A stretch of DNA of 64,000 bases, taken from NCBI GenBank assembly GCA_025201805.1, contig MU619331.1:6458-70457 (forward strand). The letters run 5' to 3'. Within the stretch, counting starts at the first letter, position 1; each line of letters opens with the position of its first letter. Shown here one piece after another: positions 54,162-64,000 of the stretch. The position numbers and the translations under genes are program-made. The notes below the pieces were generated by a model. The model worked only from the letters and a program-made list of their open reading frames with translations, had not been told where the DNA came from and searched no databases. The DNA comes from Parasitella parasitica NRRL 2501 (lineage: Eukaryota > Fungi > Mucoromycota).

Positions 54162-55606
54162 TTAAATACAGCTAGTACAAAACACTATGGAGAATCCCTG
54201 TTCATCCTGTCTCATTTTAGCAGCAGAATCCAGTTGTTTACAGCATTTAGTACACGATAGACACTTTTTATGCCATCGAGTAGCCAGAGGACCAGGCGTA
54301 TCTTCCATAATTGAAATACTAGTCTGGCATTTGGGACATGTCTTGGATCCCCCCAGCTTGGGTGACCTTCGTTTTGGCACCATGCTGAATGCATGGCAAG
54401 CATGGCAGAATGGGTTGCCGTTGACTTCAAAGACTGGCTCCCCTAGATTGATCTTACAGCCATTAGCGTGACATTTGAAGCAATCGAAATGGTAGGATTT
54501 GTTGTTGAATTTGAAGGCATCTTGTTTGATGGGTCTGTCACAGCTGTAGCAGTATCGGTCGCACTGTGAATGATAAAACGTCCTTCCATCTGTGGTACAT
54601 TCGCCATCTTTGAAGGGCAAATGACATTTACTACAGAGAAAACAAGATTTGTGAAACCATGCATATTGTTCTGGAGATCCAATTGCAATTTTGATCTTTT
54701 TGCGTGTAGCATCCCCCAGTGGTTCATGGCAGTGATGGCAAGGCTTTTGTGATAATGATGATTTTTTAGGTGTGGCTACAGGTGTAGATTGAGAGGATCT
54801 AGGTGGTATAAACATCGATGTGAGGCCGTGGTTTCTATTTGATTTGGTGGGTATATATTCTTTTTCTCGGTTATCTGGAGACGGCGTTCTTGACAGGGGA
54901 GGGGTGATTGACAAATCTTGGAGTTTTGATTGAAGGGATCTATCCATTGAAGTGCAATTATTCTGGCCATATCGTCCGGTGCCAGCTTGAGCCATAAAGC
55001 ATGGTTCACAGCACGGACGGTTCTGTAAATCGACTAGCGGATTGGCATCAAGTTGTCTTTTACATTTGAAACAAACAAAGCATCCTGTGTGCCAGCATTT
55101 TTTGGAATACTCAATATAGCTTTGACTGCTCGAAACAGGCTTATGGCATGCTGGACTATAGGCAGATTAGGCGGCAGTCTAGAATATTGTGTTTATACAT
55201 ACCATCCACCTTTGCTAAACAGTTTTGAATGGCAGTCTTTGCAGTAAGAAAGCTTGTCTTCCGTAACAACTTGTTTGTATTCCAATATTTTGCTACAGCA
55301 AGTGCATAATTTACTAATGGGATCATAGAATGCTGACTGAGTAACTGGGATTCTTTTGGCAGAAGGAGATTTAGGCGAAATATTTGTTGGGGATAGTATT
55401 GTGCCTGCATACTGCGATTGCCATCTATCAATTACCGACACTCCACCCTCAGACATGATGGAACTGATTGTGGATTCTATTTCGTTTTTAACATTAGAAC
55501 ACAAATCTTCAGCCAGAAGAGAATTCTATACTTTACGAACTGATCTTCCACCACATTTGCCACATTTTGTATCTGCAAGTTCACCACAGTGTTTACAAAA
55601 TCCCAT
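54162..55606 (-). CDS. Multi-LIM zinc-finger protein, multi-exon
   Basis: CHHC..FHKSCFLCSKC, CYSC..YHFDCFKC and CPKC..WHKKCLSCTKC. N-terminus MGFCKHCGE. Confidence 0.85.
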
Positions 55607-55762
55607 TGGAAATAATAAAAGATAAGAATAAAACGAAAAAAAAAAGGGGGGCAACATCTAATGACAAGCTAATTTATATTACAACAGACATTAGAAAACA
55701 TTCCCAAAATGGTACAAAAACAACATTGTGTTTTTTATGGCAACTTGTATACAATCAATATT

Positions 55763-56365
55763 TTATTCCATTATATTAGAAACACCTTTTTCGACGAATT
55801 GTTTGTCTTCTTCTACAGGTTCCTCGTCCTCCTCTGTCAAAGTCTCCAAAAAGAATTCCGCGACCTTTTCATGATTTCTTTGTTGTGCTTCGTATATGGG
55901 GGAGTGGTTCATGTTATTTTTAGTCTATTTTCGATATGAGCATTAAGATCATCCATCAATCTCTTTGAAAGACTATCGCAATACCTTGCAATTTCCTCCT
56001 GCTTTGACCAAAGCCTTGACTACATCTAAATGACCGTTCAGAGCAGCCCAATGAAGCGGTGTGTTGCCTTCCGCATTCTGGGTGTCGATTAATTCAGCTT
56101 TAGTTTTATCATCCAAATCAGCAAGCTTCTCGACAATGTATTTCACGATATCTAGTAAAAAAAAATCAAAAAGGTGCCCAGTGTCATATCGACATACTGT
56201 CTTACCAATATGGTTATTGGCACTAGCCATGTGCAGAGCCGTCTTTCCAGATTCATCCTTTTCGACAAAATCTTTGGGCGAAGCCTTGATTTCCTTTAGA
56301 TGCTCCAGCTCACCTGCACGAGCATAGTATATGATATCGTCTAACATTTCTTGATAATCTGTCAT
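55763..56365 (-). CDS. YAR1: Ankyrin-repeat protein, Yar1-like Rps3 chaperone, 3 exons
   Basis: DIIYYARAGELE, TALHMASANNH, GNTPLHWAALNGHLDVVKAL and an acidic tail. Confidence 0.85.
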
Positions 56366-59188
56366 TTTTATGCAATATGAGATAAAAGAGTATACTTTTG
56401 TTGAGATTGACAGGTTGATTTGTAAAAAAAATTGTTGAAAATTGAGGCTTTGATTCTTCTGTTGTGATATGCTCTCCGACGCTTTGTTTTGATCTTGTTA
56501 CGCATGATACCAAATAATAATATCGAGAAGTTTGTAACCTGTTGATCCAAAATTCTCATTGTCTTCGTTTTTATATATACATAGAAAAACAACATATCTG
56601 TTTATGAGATGCTGCCATGATAATTAAAACGATGTAGAAAAATTTTGATACAATTCTGTCTCTGATGATAATCTTGTTTAACAATAACAGGCGCAAGAGT
56701 CTGTCAAACAAATTTAAAGAGTAAGGCTTTTATTATCCATTGATATTTACAGTATTAAACATTCATCCAAACCACACAAGGTGTATATGCGCAAGTTGGT
56801 GAAAGAAAAACAGGCATTTTTTCAAGCTTAAGAATGCGCAATGTCTGTCACTTTTGCGTATCGAAACGCACCCAAGAGATTTGGAGAGGAACAGATAACT
56901 GCTCGCAAGCTGAAGACACTCCAACTATTGGACATTACCACGCGCTCAAATGATTAGGCATTCAACCGACGGCCTCTGCTGGTTGCAACTTCGATCTGCA
57001 AGTGATTGGTTGATGGGATAGCCTTGAAGATCTTACTATCACATACAATGACGAACGGCTATCCGTCGAAGTGCCGCCCTAAACATGCAATTGGCTCGAA
57101 TATGTCTTTTTTCTAAATACATCAATCTCAAGCCATATGTATAGTATTCGATTACGGATATTCTAAGCGAACTGGATCTTGATTTTTGTGGTTCATTAAT
57201 CAATTTCTGTCCTTTCCAAGGCTGTTCGTAACTTTATTTTCGGAAGAACCTCAATTCCATGGCAAATTTCTAAACTAATTTACAATTTAAAATCGAATAT
57301 GCGCAAGAGTGCTGATGACTTTACGAATTCACCCAAATCCTAAACGGTTACATCTCTCTGAATTAAATGGATCAAATCTTTCCGAAATTAACGTGGAAGA
57401 CCCTTACTACAATGAAGGACCTGACCTTACAGCTCCTATTCGGTAACTGAACATATCCATCGATTTGACGATTAGTTTGGAAATGGAGATGAAGAGAATG
57501 AAGAGAATGAGAGAAGTTTTATGCTTGGCAGGTTTTTGTCCGGATAAGGTTATGTCTGAGGATCGATGGCAGATTGGTTCCAAATCCTCTACAAAACATT
57601 GAGAAAATGACTAAATTGACTCATTTGGAGATCGGTTGTGAATAGAGACTAAACGCAGCTTAATTTTTTTCCCAAATTGCGAGCCTTGAGAGCAACACAC
57701 GCTATAATGTATTATCAAGTTAAATCACACATATATATTAACTTGCATAGATTCTGTTTTTGGAATCTCCTTTATTTGCTCTTGGGTAAAATTGATCAGC
57801 AAACAAAACCAAAGATTTGCGCATCAAAATTGACTATATTCAAAGTTTTGTTGAAATTTACAGAACCATACATACATTAACTGATTTTTTGTCTTCTTTT
57901 CCTAAACTAGATTCACTTTGAATTGAGATAGAATGCGTATCAGAGCGTCTCCCTTGCATCGAATTGCTTGAACAAGATTGTGTGGTGAACGACCAACGGA
58001 TACATGTGAGAAACAGGATATAAATCCTTATAATGTCAAATAGGCATTTGCATAAATGACCTGTGATTTACTATACCGTCCTGGCTTTAAGCTACTGATA
58101 CTGAAAGTGGTATCCCATGACATTAAATTGTACATTACACGTGCTTAAACGAATATAGGAGACTCATGGAAGATAATCGCTAGCGAAATGAACTTCATAG
58201 AAATTATAGTACCAGCTTGAAATCCATAACTTGAGATTAATTTGTCATTTGATTAACGTCGTTTCTATACAAATATAAAAGTTGGGCCACTAGCATAGCC
58301 AAATACTTGAACCATTTACCGTGCTGTGTTTGATAGGTCTCGTAAATCAAAGTGTTCTTTTGAACTCCCTTGTCTTATACTTTAGTGTAAATACTGGCAT
58401 CAGATTTTCATATATCAGTACAATTGGAATTATCATAGAGCAAGTATTTAATTATACCTCTGACTTCAGTAAGCAGAGTCTCAGACTGGTTCTACTTTTA
58501 GCAGAATAGACATTTGAATCAAATAATGGCAATTTTGAGCCTGTCTACGATGATGGAAGCAGCATTGCGTCGATATTGCTAGAATAATATTTGATGGAAG
58601 ATTTGATTGTACCAAGCCATTAAATGCCGGTGTTCAGAGAATGACAAGTTTAATGTTTACTAGCAATCATTATCACTAGAGCCCTACTTGTAACAATACG
58701 TTCAACATAATATGACTAGGGGAGGATTAAAGAGTTTACAAAAATTAGCTTCTTTACAAGGCAATTGTAACCGTTTTGGGGCACGATGAATCCAACTCGC
58801 ATCAAAACTTGCCTTCACATATCACTAAGATGAGCTATTGGCGAATCTTAGTTTCATGTGGTCTGACAATACCATTGTAAACAAGCTATCGAACTTCTTG
58901 CTGATAATCTATCTATTTCTTGATTAAAGACCATTCATACCAAGCGCATGTAATTCAATAGTTTAGATCTTTCTTTTGTTATACAGAAGACAGCTACTGA
59001 GCTCAATTTTGAATAGTTTATCATGACAAGAAAAAGTTACTTGCACCTTTTTTTTTTGTTTTTGTTTTTGTAAAAGCTGGTGTTCCTAATGAATATGTAG
59101 GCATTAAACGAGAATACGATATGTATCAACAGATAAAAATGATTTCAGAGTTTTGATGATAGTTTTTGTCTGATTTTGGATATCCGGT

Positions 59189-59824
59189 TGCAATGGAATG
59201 GTATAACTAAAAGCAAGTAACTAAAAAAAAATAAGACTCAAATGTCACGCATAGTCAATTCATGCCATTCGAGTTCACATAACATATTAAGTCATATAAA
59301 TCAAATCGAATTACAAATACAATTTAAGACCTTATCAATGAATGTCGTGTGAAGGAAAACACTCCTGATCAAAGTGCTTTCCCTTACACAATAGACATTC
59401 AGAATAAGAATAATAATGACAAAGATATCACTTATGGCAGCTCGTCATTCAATGAGTTTTTCCCATCATTCTAGATAAGGATATCTTTAACAGAATAACT
59501 AAAGTATGACGATAGCCATCCTAACACGGCCAACCAATGTTACGCAAATCTCCATCAATGGTGAAAGCATTCAGCATCATTTGCTTCTCCTTAAAACCTA
59601 AAATTAAACAACAACAAATTAACGCATTGACTCTAGGATCAATGCTTCATTCATGAGAACTGATATACAACAATTCAAATCCTATAAATACTAAGATGTT
59701 TTTCTCTAGATAAAACCTCAGTATACTTTTATAATAAAGAACCCCAAACTTGATTATAATTGTAATTTCATATCGCTTTTATTTTTATTTTTTTTTATTT
59801 CGTAAATCTTTCAAATTTACTGCA
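59189..59824 (+). mobile_element. Solo LTR (family A, copy 1) with 5-bp TSD CCGGT
   Basis: CCGGT|TGCAAT...ACTGCA|CCGGT, with internal CCTATAAATA and AATAAA. Near-identical to 61478-62120. Confidence 0.85.
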
Positions 59825-60566
59825 CCGGTGTTTCCATAAGAGGATATAGACCAAAATTCTTATTTAATATACGGGGTACCGTAGTAATGTAGCGAAAATG
59901 TGATCAAGATATCATATCATCAATAGAAGAAGAATATTTGCCAAAGAGATTGCGTGGCACAATAATAAGATTGAACATATTTACTTAGTTAAGCGAAACA
60001 TGCCTATGGTAGAATGTACTAAACCACTCGAAACGGGGCAGACATGCTGTAGAGATATTTTACTCTTTGAATTGTGAGTTTATTGTACATCTGGTTTAGA
60101 ATCGCTACGTCACAATTGAAAAACTAGATAATGATTGTAAATCTCGCACCGTTAAGCAATTAGTAAAAATAGCTAATAACGGCTCATTACTAAAACGAAG
60201 CATTCTATTATGGTAATTAAATCAATTTGTTTTAATAAATTAAGAGGTCTTAATATGGAATTAGTAGTTGACAGTTTGAAATACAAAAAAATAAAATATC
60301 ATCTTGTATATCTTTATATTTTATACACATCTATCAAAACAAAACACAAAACTAACCCCATCTCTGAGCGCGGCAACGTTTATCTGCATTTTTTTAATTA
60401 CGTAATTCAAATAAGATAAAGTCTATGATGGTGTTATACTGTAACCTTTTTTTTTTTTTTGTATTTCATTTGAACTGATATTTACAATAACTAAAAAGAC
60501 TACACACAAAAACTGTGTGCATCTGACAACGTCTTATGTTATTGTCAATAAAATTTGACAAAAACA

Positions 60567-60639
60567 TGAGGCTACCAGGGGTCGAACCTGGAATCTCCTG
60601 ATTCGTAGTCAGACGCCTTATCCATTGGGCCATAGCCCC
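60567..60639 (-). tRNA. tRNA-Arg (anticodon ACG)
   Basis: GGGGCTATGGCCCAATGGATAAGGCGTCTGACT-ACG-AATCAGGAGATTCCAGGTTCGACCCCTGGTAGCCTCA, a 73-nt cloverleaf followed by a T-run terminator. Confidence 0.97.
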
Positions 60640-61322
60640 TCATTAATTTTTAAAATGTGTTGTAAATAATTTATTGTCAAATTATCAAAAAAGGAAGCAT
60701 GTGATATGAGAAGATACACAAGATGTAGTCTGTCCAAGAACTCGGTACCTAAGACATTAAAAGTAGAAGTTGATCTTCAAATAAACATTGAGCTTTCTTT
60801 CATAATTTGCTTATATTAATTGTTGCCTATTCCAATTGAAGAACAGATCAGAAACACCGTAAACCCCTTAGAAGGAACAATTACTCAAACCAAATAATAC
60901 GAATATTCTTTGTACAAACATTCTGTCTCGGCAATTCGAACATAGGAGAAAAAATTGCTTCACAAAACAAACCAATCCATATCACGTCTTACCAGCACAA
61001 ACGTATTATTTTTATCACATAACCATATAAATATTGAGAATAATACAGAAAATGTAATGTGTTTGAATAGAAGAAATAGTAGGTTTAAGATATTATATAA
61101 TAGAAAATATTATAGCTTTATTAGTTGTAGCGAGATGAAAAAGCGCTTTTATTTTCTTGTACTTGTGAGAAGAATATAAACTAGATAATTTTGGGTATTA
61201 TGGCGTGTAGCCGTTGTCTAATGTTTCTTGATGTGAATTACTGGCTGGCTGCTGTCGTGAACCTGTCAAACTAAACAACTATCCAACTCTGCATATGCAT
61301 ATGCAATGCTAGTCCTACTTAC

Positions 61323-62277
61323 AGTGATTTATCAGAATAAGAAATTATTCAAATAAAACGGTTATGAATTAATCAGGTAAAGAGCTCGTTTATTACATGG
61401 AAAAAATGATGGTTTATATACTAGTGAATCTAAGTGGACTGATGGGAGGATAAGATACAAGTGTGAAACATGGTGTGTGCAATGAAATGGTATAACTAAA
61501 AGTGCACAACTGAAAAAAATAAGACTCAAATGTCACGCATAGTTAATTCATGCCATTCGAGTTCGCATAACATATAAAGTGTCATATAAATCAAATCGAA
61601 TTACAAATACAATTTAAGACCTTTTATCAATAAATGTCATTTGAAGGAAAACACTCCTGATCAAAGTGCTTTCCCTTACACAATAGACATTTAGAATAAG
61701 AAAAATAATGACAAAGATATCAATTATGGCAGCTCGGCATTCAATGAGTTTTTCCCATCATTCTAGATAAGGATATATTTAACTCAGAATAACTAAAGTA
61801 TCACGATAGCCATCTTAACACGGCCAACCAATGTTACGCAAATCTCCATCTCAATGGTGAAAGCATTCAGTATTATTTGCTTCTCCTTAAAACCTAAAAT
61901 TAAACAACGACAAATTAACGCATTGACTCTAGGATCAATGCTTCATCCATGAGAACTGATATACTACTATTCAAATCCTATAAGTACTAAGATGTTTTTC
62001 TCTAGATAAAACCTCAGTATACTTTTATAATAAAGAACCCCAAACTTGATTATAATTGTAATTTCATATCGCTTTTATTTTTATTTTTTTTTATTTCGTA
62101 AATCTTTCAAGTTTACGGTAGTGTGATTTAGAGAATGGAACGATAGATTGTACCTATTGTCCATGAACATGTCATGTTGAGTGATAAATAAAGAACATGA
62201 TCTATTGGAATATGTTCCTGAATTGTGTTCAGGATTAAATTTACTTGAGTTTGACTTCCGGTTGGGAAATTATGACA
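61323..62277 (+). mobile_element. Family B repeat copy interrupted by a family A LTR
   Basis: 61323-61466 and 62121-62277 align in order to about 47213-47483. Confidence 0.75.
61478..62120 (+). mobile_element. Solo LTR (family A, copy 2) with 5-bp TSD GTGTG
   Basis: GTGTG|TGCAAT...TTTACGGTA|GTGTG. The 3' end is mutated relative to copy 1. Confidence 0.8.
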
Positions 62278-62458
62278 CATAATGCATCATACAGTACATA
62301 TGTATAATAATTCGAACTACATATACTGTATGATTGAACTCTTGAATGACATATGCACAACAATTTGTATTGCAGATGCATAACAGTTCATACGTACTAC
62401 ATATGCGCCATTTTGTTGTATCCATAGAATACCATGGTTGCCACCATCTCAACTCAGT

Positions 62459-62696
62459 TGTCATGGCAACCTTTCCTGATCGGATCTAAGTGTTATATCA
62501 ATAACATGGCAAGGTCTCACATCAGGATCTCAGATCAGTCCCAGGGTCTTACAGTAAATCATGGGTAGTCATGATTTACATTATGCAGCTAGACAGTAGA
62601 ACCCTAGTGTAATGAATGTGTATATAATACATCGAGAGATGTATTATGAATAAAGGTGTAATTCTTTGGCAGATTTATTTTATCAGACTTTTGACA
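62459..62696 (+). mobile_element. Probable solo LTR (family C-related)
   Basis: TGTCA...TGACA inverted ends, with TATATAA followed by AATAAA. 5' end is similar to the 18899 element. Confidence 0.55.
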
Positions 62697-62749
62697 TAGC
62701 ACTAAGGTTAAATGGCATCGGTTATTCTATCTAGTAAATAGAATTTTTC

Positions 62750-63500
62750 AATAGAATTTCTTGTATAAGAAACCATCTATTTGGATTCTACTTATTCTAA
62801 ATTGCGAAGCTCATATAACCTATCGATGAATGATTCACATTGATAAAGATTAGCTGTGTGAAATACATTCACTATGATGATCTGCATTCCACTTCTAGAT
62901 TCATCCAGTTACCTTAAATTGATATAGACTACATATGGGCGCACAGATAATAAGATGTGCAATGCAGATTTATACTATATAAGATGTAAGCTAGAGATGG
63001 CATCATTAGGATCGATGACGGTATAGACTGATACTCATATCTCGACACGAGCCTTAGATATTTTACTAAATTTAGTATTTGCTACGGGCTTTTGCTATAT
63101 AAGATTTATGCTTCAGATGCGTATTCCCAGTTTCTAGATACGCACTATACTAAGACATATACTTATATCCATCATGATACTAGCCACAGATACATTATGT
63201 AGTACTACTGATCTGCCATAATTATAGACAGGAGATCATGGCAATGTACTTCAATTGAAAATTGAAGATTGTCCTCCAGCAATGATGTGATGTGATACGC
63301 TTGTGTAAATTGGGGAATAAAGTCTCTGTTTCAAATCAAGAAGGTTATTCCTGTAAGTAACACAGATCTGAGCACCAGGATAAAGGTTAAAACACTGTAA
63401 GATTAAAGACGTGTAGCCCTTGCTATAAAACCTCATATCGTACCCTGTCAAGTAGATTGTCCCTGTGAATTAGTCTTGTCAATTAGTAATCTAAATAAGT
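62750..63500 (-). mobile_element. Possible heavily decayed CACTA/En-Spm-like transposase
   Basis: Broken frames TKFSKIS...YTVIDP and LLDLKQRLYS resemble the R.SEL.RL..FD..TVIDPMH and LVD.LK.LY motifs. Many stops. Confidence 0.3.
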
Positions 63501-64000
63501 CACCATAAATTTATGTACAGTAGTTGTAAAGAATATAAATAGCATATGCAATTTCGATCTTAAATAAATTATCTCAAGTTTTCGTATCATCTCGTTAACA
63601 TTTGGTTTTTTATTGTCTTTTTTAACCCAACAACTACAGATTTTTACAACATGTGCAATGCTATAGATGTGCTTATGACATGCTATACACATATGCTACA
63701 TATACCGATATATGCTAAAATGAATACTAAGTGATATACACTCAGACACACGTTCTAATTAATATAGACTGGATAAAAGACTATACAAGAAATGATATAC
63801 GCTTATGGATCGATATTAATAATCTTCGCATAGAAGATTGATCAGGGTACTACTTTGGGTAAAGTCTATCTCCTCACTCAAATAGATTTAACTTATCTTG
63901 AGTCTGCTGACACCATGGCTAACTTCAGTGCTATTTTTTTTCACATTTATCATCAGTTCTAATGACTAGTGATTAGGTGTATTACTGGATGACTGGTGAT

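Noticed and set aside
59189-62120. One full LTR element carrying a captured tRNA gene
   Set aside because: Each repeat has its own distinct TSD and there is no gag-pol between them.

Overview
Eukaryotic DNA, not prokaryotic. It is most likely an early-diverging fungus (Mucoromycota/Mucorales), judging from short 50-150 nt GT-AG introns, AT-rich intergenic DNA, a type III glutamine synthetase and Mucorales-type transposon relics; the taxon is inferred. The window holds about 26 protein genes: two tandem bacterial-like GNATs, THI4, GSIII, HIBCH, BRAP2/ETP1, CCDC6-like, a LIM protein, NRAMP, RPL24, a KduD-like SDR, a P4-ATPase, an isochorismatase, RPS23, YOP1, WEE1, KRI1, WD40, KH, LIM and YAR1 proteins, and several orphans. 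It also has an old-yellow-enzyme pseudogene, one tRNA-Arg(ACG), several solo LTRs, decayed DNA transposons and two assembly gaps. The strongest findings are RNA-level. (1) A TPP riboswitch lies in the 3' UTR of THI4, with a 23-nt anti-aptamer covering a candidate 5' splice site and a candidate 3' splice site inside the aptamer, which is the plant THIC layout in a fungus. (2) RPL24 needs a single-nucleotide exon to stay in frame. (3) Ribosomal-protein first introns show a 21-bp stem closing the RPS23 intron and an ATGGAT motif cluster shared by RPL24 and RPS23. Exon boundaries were read by eye and no database searches were run.
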